Assembly: GCA_050298595.1 (NCBI GenBank)
Contig: JBNKUM010000118.1
Coordinates: 32,001 to 96,000, forward strand
Reading direction: 5' to 3'
Source: Gammaproteobacteria bacterium
GTDB taxonomy: Bacteria; Pseudomonadota; Gammaproteobacteria; GCA-001735895
Length of the DNA: 64,000 nt
Within the stretch, counting starts at the first letter, position 1; every line of letters begins with the position of its first letter. Shown here piece by piece: positions 56,472-64,000 of the stretch. Position numbers and translations under genes: made by a program. The notes below the pieces were generated by a model. That model did no database searches. It was not told where the DNA came from and saw only the letters and a list, made by a program, of their open reading frames with translations.

Positions 56472-56933
56472 TCAGGACTGGCCGGACGCCATGTAATGTG
56501 GAAAGTCCTGTTCTGTATAATCTTCGTCACTGATCTGGTTACGAATCATATCAGCCAGAGATATACCGGTCAGGTAGCTGGAAATCTGATTGCTTAATTC
56601 ATCCCACAGCTGTTCGGTGAGACAGGGCTCGTAATTATTGGCTCCTGGTAAGGCATCTTTATTAGTCACTTCAACCTTATCGTCTACCGCTAGAATGATG
56701 TCCGAGACACTCACCTGTTCTGGAGAAACACTCAATCGATACCCGCCGCCAGGGCCACGCGTACTGATAACCAGCTTATTACGCCGCATCTTGGCGAATA
56801 ACTGTTCCAGATAGGACAGGGAAATCCCCTGACGTTGAGAGATATCTGCTAAGGATACGGGTCCCTTATCCGAGTGCATAACCATATCGAGTAATGAAGT
56901 AACTGCATATCTGCTTTTGGTGGATAAACGCAT
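56472..56933 (-). CDS. iscR: IscR-family Rrf2 regulator with a degenerate cluster-binding motif
   Basis: MRLSTKSRYAVT, GPVSLADISQRQGISLSYLEQLFAK, RGPGGGY; only one Cys in the protein. Confidence 0.9.
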   Translation of the reverse strand: MRLSTKSRYAVTSLLDMVMHSDKGPVSLADISQRQGISLSYLEQLFAKMRRNKLVISTRGPGGGYRLSVSPEQVSVSDIILAVDDKVEVTNKDALPGANNYEPCLTEQLWDELSNQISSYLTGISLADMIRNQISDEDYTEQDFPHYMASGQS

Positions 56934-56965
56934 TGGTACACCTGTTGTTTGGCCGATTTCGAGTC

Positions 56966-57023
56966 AGTATACAATCCTGACTAAATTGGTCAAGTATTAA
57001 TTCCTACTATTTTAGTCGGGATT
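56966..57023 (-). promoter_or_regulatory. isc promoter with two tandem type-1 IscR boxes
   Basis: Minus strand AATCCCGACTAAAATAGTAGGAATT (57023-56999) and ATACTTGACCAATTTAGTCAGGATT (56997-56973); the latter contains -35 TTGACC, 16 nt before -10 TATACT. Confidence 0.8.
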
Positions 57024-57048
57024 AATATTGATTTCTTCAGGCTACCCA

Positions 57049-58338
57049 TCAGGCCACTGGCAATATTATCCGAACCAGGCTCCCCTCACCTAACTGACTT
57101 TGTATCAGCATTTCAGCCTGATGTGCATCGACTATCTTTTGACAAAGGTACAACCCGAGCCCAAAACCACCGGTAGCCCGCTGGCGCGCAGGGTCGGCTC
57201 GATAGAAAGCCTCGGTAGCCTGATTCAGGTCTTCTGTAGCCATACCGCAGCCATGATCTTCCACCTCTATGACGATGTTTTGCCGGTGTTGTATTAGTCT
57301 GATCTCTGGACTTACGTCTGACTCGGAAGAGTACTTGAATGCGTTATCTAACAGATTTTTCACTAAAAGCTCCAATCTAGCTCTATCAGCATTGATTGAG
57401 ATTGAAGGAAGAGAGGCTGTTATTGACCTGTCGGCAAAAAATTCATTTAACAGCTCTCTAATCATTTCATCCAGTTGAAAATCAGTTCGATTGAGCACAG
57501 CGTGCGGCCGATTCAAACGCTCCGACTCCAGTATCAATGCGAGCAGGCTTTCCATCTCGCGAATATCATCCACCAGCGCCTGGCGTGTCGCATCATCAGC
57601 CATGAGCTCAAGGTTTACTCTTGCTCGTGTTAAGGGTGATCTCAGCTCATGACTGATGGCGAGTAGCAGTTGCTGCTTGGCTTCCAGCATCGAATGTATC
57701 TGCTGTGCCATTTCATTAATGCCCTGCCCCAGGCTCTTAAATTCAATACTGCCCGTGGGTTCCAATGGTTGTAAAAGGTCCCCCTGGCCAATTCGTGCGA
57801 CAGCATCGTTGATCGGCTTTAGCGGTTTTAAGCTCTGTCGAATCAACACAAACAGAAACACAAGCGTAACAATAAAAATCACCAACATGGAAAAACCTCG
57901 TTGGTGTGATTCGCTTTTGAATAAACGGCCAACTGCGTAGAGATAGGTATAACCATCCTGTTTCAGCATCAGATAATTATTACCTCGTTCAAAGGCAAGC
58001 TGATAACGCTGGTAGGGTTCGGGTGCATTTTCGAAATCTAACTGTGAAATATCGGGTATTTTTGAATGAGATTGCCAGTTTATATCTGGACCACGTATCG
58101 AAAGCTCAAATGCTAGCCCATCACTTAAACGGCGCGCTTTATCGATATCCGGTGGGCTGCCAATATCCTGCACTATGTAGTCCAGATATTGCACAATATT
58201 TGGCAATAGATCCTGCTTAAAGTGCGCCTTGATACTATGAGCCAGATTGATACCAAACAGGGCAATTACCAGCACACCTGTTACCAGAAAATACAGCATT
58301 AAACGAGTGATCAAAGATTGCCTTAAGCGTTGCAACAT
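57049..58338 (-). CDS. HAMP-domain sensor histidine kinase
   Basis: Two TMs, HAMP, ISHELRSPL H-box, NLLDNAFKY, DHGCG, FYRAD, GGFGLGL. Confidence 0.94.
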   Translation of the reverse strand: MLQRLRQSLITRLMLYFLVTGVLVIALFGINLAHSIKAHFKQDLLPNIVQYLDYIVQDIGSPPDIDKARRLSDGLAFELSIRGPDINWQSHSKIPDISQLDFENAPEPYQRYQLAFERGNNYLMLKQDGYTYLYAVGRLFKSESHQRGFSMLVIFIVTLVFLFVLIRQSLKPLKPINDAVARIGQGDLLQPLEPTGSIEFKSLGQGINEMAQQIHSMLEAKQQLLLAISHELRSPLTRARVNLELMADDATRQALVDDIREMESLLALILESERLNRPHAVLNRTDFQLDEMIRELLNEFFADRSITASLPSISINADRARLELLVKNLLDNAFKYSSESDVSPEIRLIQHRQNIVIEVEDHGCGMATEDLNQATEAFYRADPARQRATGGFGLGLYLCQKIVDAHQAEMLIQSQLGEGSLVRIILPVA

Positions 58339-58344
58339 GTACTT

Positions 58345-59025
58345 TTACTCGCTAATAACGGGTGGTAAAACAAATTGATAACCTCTGGCACGTATGGTTT
58401 TGATTATCTGCAGCGGGTTCAGCTTTTGACGTAAACGACTGATTTGAATATCAATCGCTCGGCTAAAGATATCGGCTTCGATTCCATTTAACTCAGTCAT
58501 AATGTCATCGCGCGAAAAGACTTTTTGCGGCTGCTGCGCCAATAGCAGTAAAAGCCGGTATTCATTGGAAGTGAGATCCACAATCCCATCATCCGTTTTA
58601 ACCTGCTGGGTTTGAGTATCAATCTTTAGTCCCTCAAAAACTAACTCGTGACTGGATTTAACAATAACCGATCGCTTGAGAATATTTTTAATTCTCGCAA
58701 CCAGTTCGCGAGGTTCGAAGGGTTTTGGCAGGTAATCGTCAGCTCCAATCTCAAGACCAACTACTCTGTCCATCACATCACCTCTGGCAGTTAGCATTAA
58801 TACAGGGGTTTCAGAAAACTGGCGGATTCTTCTACAGGTTTCGAAGCCATCGATTTCCGGAAGCATAACGTCGAGAATGATTAACTCGAACGAATGCCCT
58901 CTTAACAACTCCAGAGCCTTCAGTGGATGAGTTTCGCTGGATAATTCAAAGTCAAACTGCGCCAGATACGCCTTAAGTGGTGCAGCCAGTTTTTCATCGT
59001 CATCAATCAAAAGTAGCTTTTTCAT
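58345..59025 (-). CDS. OmpR/CpxR-family response regulator
   Basis: IDDD, LDVMLP, MLTARGD, GADDYLPKPFEPREL, RAIDIQISRLRQK. Confidence 0.95.
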   Translation of the reverse strand: MKKLLLIDDDEKLAAPLKAYLAQFDFELSSETHPLKALELLRGHSFELIILDVMLPEIDGFETCRRIRQFSETPVLMLTARGDVMDRVVGLEIGADDYLPKPFEPRELVARIKNILKRSVIVKSSHELVFEGLKIDTQTQQVKTDDGIVDLTSNEYRLLLLLAQQPQKVFSRDDIMTELNGIEADIFSRAIDIQISRLRQKLNPLQIIKTIRARGYQFVLPPVISE

Positions 59026-59063
59026 TTAGCTATTGTAGGTTTTAAGTCTCAAGATAGGTAGCA

Positions 59064-59093
59064 TCCGGAGTTGCCAATGATGGCAACTCCGGA
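59064..59093. terminator. Perfect 13-bp hairpin after the Spy/CpxP-like gene (terminator or mRNA stabiliser)
   Basis: TCCGGAGTTGCCA-atga-TGGCAACTCCGGA; no strong U-tract on the minus strand. Confidence 0.6.
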
Positions 59094-59103
59094 ACAAACA
59101 GAT

Positions 59104-59607
59104 CTAACCATCTATCCATTGAGTATGGTCATGTCGATAACCAAAGTTGCCTGTAAACCTATAATGACCGCCGCGTTTCTCAATTATTTCCTTAAGCTCT
59201 ACTTTCTGTTCAGCATCTAATGAATCAACAAACTGGGCAATTAAAGCCACCATCTCAGGAGCATTTTGATTCACCATATCGGTTTTCTCGGTGATTTTCT
59301 GTAACACAGCAGATTGATCCATAGGACCTTCACCCAGCATCTGTTGAATAACAGATACCCTGTCTTCTCTTTGCTGCCTTACCTGTTGCATGATTTCAGC
59401 GAAACGCGAGGTTAAGGATTCGAGTTTAATTTCCTGCTCGCTATTTAAGTCCAGTTTACGACTGATGTGATAATTAAACATATCGGCTTTCTCCTGCATG
59501 CTCATATTTTCGAAGTGGTGTTTGGCGCCAAAAGCGAGTACAGATCCGCTAATCATCAGGATAACTACACTGGCGATTATGATTTTGCTTGATTTTTTCA
59601 TGATCAT
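59104..59607 (-). CDS. Periplasmic Spy/CpxP-like helical protein
   Basis: Signal peptide ending VLA, LDLNSEQ and SLDAEQK (LTxxQ-like motifs); upstream of the RR-HK pair. Confidence 0.7.
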   Translation of the reverse strand: MIMKKSSKIIIASVVILMISGSVLAFGAKHHFENMSMQEKADMFNYHISRKLDLNSEQEIKLESLTSRFAEIMQQVRQQREDRVSVIQQMLGEGPMDQSAVLQKITEKTDMVNQNAPEMVALIAQFVDSLDAEQKVELKEIIEKRGGHYRFTGNFGYRHDHTQWIDG

Positions 59608-59648
59608 CTCGTTTGTTTTATGACAACTACATAATAAGCATTAGCTGT

Positions 59649-59693
59649 GTAACAAACTTCTCTGAGGGGTAACGATTTGTATCTATGTGTAAC
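59649..59693. promoter_or_regulatory. CpxR/OmpR-type direct-repeat binding sites
   Basis: GTAAC at 59649, 59669 and 59689 and GTATC at 59679, a 10-bp register resembling the CpxR box GTAAA-N5-GTAAA. Confidence 0.6.
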
Positions 59694-59792
59694 GTTGGAT
59701 AATTCAAAAGCCGTGTTATGATGATATATATCAACCCAGTTCAAAACCCTGATTGGTTACAATAGCTACTTACAAACTCAACTCTTCACACC

Positions 59793-60455
59793 TTGGACCT
59801 TAACTCAACACATTTAGCTGATGGCTGGATCTGGGCACATTTTATCTACTGGCCGATATTTCTGTGGGCTGTGTATCGTGCTCCATGGCGAATCCTGATA
59901 CAAAATGACTCTAGCAATATACTATTTGCAGCCTGTACTGCAGTGTTTGTACTATGGATATTAAAGGTCAATATAGAAACAGGTCTGTCGATACATTTAC
60001 TGGGGTCTACTATCCTGACATTGATGTTTCGCTGGCAGGTTGCTGTATTGGCAAATGCCGTTATCGTACTGGGAATCACGCTGGTTACTGCTGCGGATTT
60101 TCAGGCCTATGCTATGAATACTTTACTCACTGGAGTCCTGCCCATTTTTATAAGCTACTCGATCTGGCGACTTAATGAGTGGTACCTGCCCCCCAATTAT
60201 TTTGTCTATATCTTTATCGCGGCTTTCCTTTCTGCAGGTTTATCCATGATTTCCAGCGGATTTGCCTCCTATCAGATACTTACCTTGCTAGATAACAACC
60301 TTTCACCAGAAATGCTTGATGAATACCTGATGGTTTTTATCCCCATTATGTATCCTGAAGCATTTATAACAGGAGCGATTATTTCCATCTTCGTGATATA
60401 TAAGCCTGAATGGATATCAACTTTTGACGATAAGCGATACCTCGATAACAACTAA
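59793..60455 (+). CDS. CbiM-like energy-coupling-factor permease (solitary S-component-like)
   Basis: About 6 TMs, GLSIHLLG, LPPNYFVYIFIAAF, PEAFITG, YKPEWISTFDDKRYL; TTG start. Confidence 0.75.
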   Translation: MDLNSTHLADGWIWAHFIYWPIFLWAVYRAPWRILIQNDSSNILFAACTAVFVLWILKVNIETGLSIHLLGSTILTLMFRWQVAVLANAVIVLGITLVTAADFQAYAMNTLLTGVLPIFISYSIWRLNEWYLPPNYFVYIFIAAFLSAGLSMISSGFASYQILTLLDNNLSPEMLDEYLMVFIPIMYPEAFITGAIISIFVIYKPEWISTFDDKRYLDNN

Positions 60456-61192
60456 TTTTTATACTTCTCTACTGAGCTTAAAATCCCTCGCAGGATATTA
60501 ACCTCATTTTGTGTAGGCAAAACGCGTTGATACAATCTGCGTAAGCGTTTCATCATCTGACGGGGATTTTCAGCATCGATAAATCCTGTAGAAACCAATA
60601 CCTGTTCCAGATGGCAGAAATAGCCTTCAAGCTCGGCGCTACTCGCCATAGGCTCTTCTTCGCTGGCAGGCTGATCAATAGTTTCAGCTGAAATTGCTAA
60701 AGATTGTTGATATTGCTGATAAATTTCGTAACTAATGACCTGTATCGCAGCACCAACATTAAGCGAACTGAAATCAGGGTTTGTTGGAATGTTTACTGTA
60801 AAATGGCAATGTTGTAATTCTTCATTGGTGAGTCCTGCATGCTCACGGCCAAATACAACGGCCAGTTTCTGATCATCTGGTAGCGCGACTGCTTTTTCAC
60901 CCACCTCACGCGGGTTCAATTGTGGCCAGGTGAGTGACCTGATTCTTGCACTTGTACCTATCACCAGATGACAATCCGCCAATGCTTCAGTTAAGGTATT
61001 AAACCTCGTTAGCTCATCCAGTACGCTATTCGCACCTGATGCACGAGCATAAGCCCGTTCACCGACAGGGCACTTTGGATTAACCAGAGCCAGATCGCTA
61101 AATTGCATATTTTTCATGGCCCGGGCGGCAGCACCGATATTACCCGGATGCGTGGTTTCCACCATGACGATTCTGATGTTGTCTAATTTCAT
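60452..61192 (-). CDS. trmJ: tRNA (C32/U32-2'-O)-methyltransferase
   Basis: HPGNIGAAARAMKNM, GTSAR, VFGREHAGLTNEEL, SSLNVGAA, EVNILRGIL. Confidence 0.95.
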   Translation of the reverse strand: MKLDNIRIVMVETTHPGNIGAAARAMKNMQFSDLALVNPKCPVGERAYARASGANSVLDELTRFNTLTEALADCHLVIGTSARIRSLTWPQLNPREVGEKAVALPDDQKLAVVFGREHAGLTNEELQHCHFTVNIPTNPDFSSLNVGAAIQVISYEIYQQYQQSLAISAETIDQPASEEEPMASSAELEGYFCHLEQVLVSTGFIDAENPRQMMKRLRRLYQRVLPTQNEVNILRGILSSVEKYKN

Positions 61193-61224
61193 TAAGGCCT
61201 GTTGACGCTATTTTATAAAGCCCG

Positions 61225-63561
61225 TCAGGATACATCAAAATCAACGGAAATATTGGAAGGTTGGCTTTGAAACTCGATTGATTTCAAATTTTGAGGTTTG
61301 TGAATATAGTAGCCCTGACCGTAGGCAACACCGATATCCTGTAATTTCCTGTTAATTTCTTCATTCTCGATAAATTCTGCAATACATTCCTTGCCCATAA
61401 CCCTGACTACACCATTGATTGACTCAACCATTGCATGATGCACTAGATCGGTATGCAGATTACGCACAAAACTACCATCTAGCTTGACGTAATCTACATC
61501 CAGGTTTTTCAGGTAGCTAAACGATGACATGCCTGAACCAAAATCATCCAATGCTAACTGACACCCCTGGTCCTTGATTCCCTGAATAAATTTGCGTGCC
61601 TGAGAGACATTGGTCATTGCAACCGTTTCAGTAATTTCGAAGACCAGGCTCTCAGGCAAAATCTGATGTTGCGCAATCAGATTTCTGATAAGTGTCAGCA
61701 TCTCTTGATTACCTACTGATTTACCCGACAGGTTTATATTTAAACGAATTCCTGGATGCTGAGCCAGGAATTCAATCGATTTGATAACCACCTGCCGATC
61801 CAGTTTATCGATTCCTCCATATTGTTCCAGCGCGGGTATAAACACGTCCGGGTAGATCAAATTGTTTTCATTATCACGTAACCTAACCAGTATCTCATAC
61901 CAGTCAGGTATATCCTGACCACTGATTGCCTGAATTTTCTGCCCAAAAAGCTCCATTCGACCAGACTCAATCAGCCGTATGGTTTCACCCGACCAGTACA
62001 TTTCATTGCGCCGGTTTTGAGACATAGTGTCATCAGGATGGTATAGATGAACCCGATTGCGACCCATCACCTTGGCAGCAGAACAGGCTGATTCAACCTC
62101 TCTGAGCAGGTCAGAAGCATCGACCACTTCTTCAGTGACCTCAGCTACTCCAATACTGGCAGAGATATCAAACTTTTTATTGTCCCACATGAAGGCATGA
62201 GCACTTATCTGGGTTCTGATAGTCAGCGCAATCAATTCCGCCTGAATCAGATTACATTCTCTCAACAAGATGCCGAATTCATCGCCACCGATACGTGCTA
62301 ACTGATCATTTCGACGCAATATGCCACCCAGTGATATCGCTATTTGTTTGATCATTTCATCACCGGCGGCAAGACCACAGGTTTCATTGATAATCTTGAA
62401 GTGATCTAAATCGATATATAAAACTACTGCGGCAAGTTCTACATTATGTTTAACCTCTTCAACTGCCTGACTTATCTGGATCTCAAACTCCTTTCTATTT
62501 TTCAGCCCGGTCAGGGCATCATGAGTCGCCTGGTAGGAGAGTAATTGTTTGCTTTGTTCAAGCTGAGTAGTACGCTGCTTTACGGTCTGTGTCAGCGAAG
62601 CGTTGAGCTTCCTGATTTCTTCATCCAGATGCAATCGCTTCAATTCACCACGCCTGAAAACATAAAAGAACAGTAAGCTTAATATCAGGTATAACCCCCC
62701 TATGCTGAGCGCATCTTGCAGGTAACTAAGCTTGTTAGCTTGCAAATACTTATGATCAATAAGATCAACCATTTCCCATTTAGTACCAGGAATCAATACA
62801 CGCGAATAGATCGAGGCTATTTCTGCCTCGCTTAGATATTTATCCCTGCTGATTTTAGATCGACTGCCCTTAGCCCCCATTTCAATCAGGAATCGCCCAT
62901 CATCCTGTATTCGAATCAGAAAGAATTGATGATGGTAGGGCTGTCCATTGTTTATTAGACGTTGCAACACCCAGGTATCCAGGCTGACGAAAAAAATCCC
63001 ATCACTCAGCCCTATCAAATTAGGAATTTTTTGCAGTATATCGATATGGTAAATATCTGTGTGAGCGCGACTGTGAATCGCTATTTCGTTATCTTTCCAG
63101 GTCTGAGAAAACTTCTCGATATCCGCACGACAGGACCTGCCGACAAAATTGTTCGGGTCCGCCAGTAAAATACTTCCCTGATTTTCCACCAGCGTAAAGT
63201 TGATCATCTCGGGAAAATAGCTTCGCACAACATCACCAAGCTCAGAATAAATGCTAGAGGAAACTGGGTTTGCTGCTAGTTTCTGGATCACAGTAGGATG
63301 ATTTTTTATCAGCAGGCTTAGCAGGTGGCGGCTTTGAGAGATATAATTTTCTATCTCACTACGGGTTATCTTCAGGCCATGCTCACTTATTTCATACTGG
63401 TTTTTAATAAAATCAGCAGTTCGGCTCTGATACACAAAAGACAGACCACCACCTATCAACACCCAGGAAAGGATAAGAAAAATAAGTGTATTAAGAATAG
63501 TCGTGTCAAATTTCACGAATGCGTCCTTATCAGTTCCAGTGATTAAAAGGATGAGTACCAC
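61225..63561 (-). CDS. Membrane-bound diguanylate cyclase/phosphodiesterase (periplasmic sensor-GGDEF-EAL)
   Basis: Two TMs flanking a periplasmic domain, HDALTGLKNR, ARIGGDEF, EILVRL, DDFGSGMSS, KLDGSF, AEFIE, QGY. Start uncertain. Confidence 0.92.
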   Translation of the reverse strand: MVLILLITGTDKDAFVKFDTTILNTLIFLILSWVLIGGGLSFVYQSRTADFIKNQYEISEHGLKITRSEIENYISQSRHLLSLLIKNHPTVIQKLAANPVSSSIYSELGDVVRSYFPEMINFTLVENQGSILLADPNNFVGRSCRADIEKFSQTWKDNEIAIHSRAHTDIYHIDILQKIPNLIGLSDGIFFVSLDTWVLQRLINNGQPYHHQFFLIRIQDDGRFLIEMGAKGSRSKISRDKYLSEAEIASIYSRVLIPGTKWEMVDLIDHKYLQANKLSYLQDALSIGGLYLILSLLFFYVFRRGELKRLHLDEEIRKLNASLTQTVKQRTTQLEQSKQLLSYQATHDALTGLKNRKEFEIQISQAVEEVKHNVELAAVVLYIDLDHFKIINETCGLAAGDEMIKQIAISLGGILRRNDQLARIGGDEFGILLRECNLIQAELIALTIRTQISAHAFMWDNKKFDISASIGVAEVTEEVVDASDLLREVESACSAAKVMGRNRVHLYHPDDTMSQNRRNEMYWSGETIRLIESGRMELFGQKIQAISGQDIPDWYEILVRLRDNENNLIYPDVFIPALEQYGGIDKLDRQVVIKSIEFLAQHPGIRLNINLSGKSVGNQEMLTLIRNLIAQHQILPESLVFEITETVAMTNVSQARKFIQGIKDQGCQLALDDFGSGMSSFSYLKNLDVDYVKLDGSFVRNLHTDLVHHAMVESINGVVRVMGKECIAEFIENEEINRKLQDIGVAYGQGYYIHKPQNLKSIEFQSQPSNISVDFDVS

Positions 63562-63774
63562 TTTCCTTATTCATTAATTTAATAGTACATCTTTGTAGAT
63601 AAATCACAGCTATTTTCGCCTGCAATAAGCCAAAGGCTAATTTTTGAAGAACATTGCTAACAATTTAATAAACCTCTAAAGGCCGTAGTTAAACTGTGAA
63701 ATTCCCCGACATTTTATAGTCAGTTTTGTTAAACTGCGCGCCTCTTAGCGAACCTCTGTTTCAGAAAATATCTT

Positions 63775-64000
63775 ATGCAACCCATGATGAACATAGCTAT
63801 CCGTGCTGCACGCTTAGCTGGCGACTATATTACCCGTCAAATCAACAACATCCCTAATCTGGAAATTGAATCAAAATCACCCAATGATTTTGTCACTCAG
63901 GTTGATCGGCAGGCTGAAGCGCGCATTATCGATACCTTATTAAAAGCCTACCCTGATCACAGCATTCTGGCAGAAGAATCAGGCTTATCCGGTGATAGCG
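63775..64000 (+). CDS. suhB: Inositol monophosphatase / Nus factor SuhB, N-terminal part; runs off the right edge
   Basis: Manual translation MQPMMNIAIRAARLAG...KSPNDFVTQVDRQAEARIIDTLLKAYPDHSILAEESG; divergent from trmJ as usual. Confidence 0.93.
   Translation, partial: MQPMMNIAIRAARLAGDYITRQINNIPNLEIESKSPNDFVTQVDRQAEARIIDTLLKAYPDHSILAEESGLSGDS

Noticed and set aside
58345-58370. LPPVI at the response regulator C-terminus (and LPPVD in PyrG) as a substitute HscA target
   Set aside because: HscA recognition depends on PVK and the Lys is absent; likely chance.

Overview
Gammaproteobacterial chromosome segment, mostly core genes on the minus strand. It carries an RND efflux pair, ispD-ftsB-eno-kdsA-pyrG, cmoAB/galU, tilS-accA, the gyrA-serC-serA-pheA-tyrA-aroA-cmk-rpsA-ihfB-lapB-pyrF run, mtnA/mtaD-ubiG-phosphatase-yciK, dnaE-rnhB, gnnA-gnnB-lpxB, a chemoreceptor, ppk1-ppx, an isc cluster, a Cpx-like two-component module, trmJ, a GGDEF-EAL gene and the start of suhB. 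No rRNA, tRNA or CRISPR array was seen. Four things stand out. (1) The ISC operon has no iscU and no canonical iscS but keeps hscBA-fdx-iscX; its IscR lacks 3 of 4 [2Fe-2S] ligands yet sits behind two type-1 IscR boxes, and its HscB carries an unusual Cys cluster. (2) A 4.5 kb accessory patch between yciK and dnaE holds a diverged duplicate of the yciK 3' end, an integrase-less integron cassette, a group IIC intron 5' fragment inserted in its attC in the non-canonical orientation, and stutter repeats. (3) gnnAB next to lpxB predicts diaminoglucose lipid A. (4) A 9-mer-periodic palindrome lies between rnhB and dnaE. All assignments come from reading the sequence; no database searches were run.
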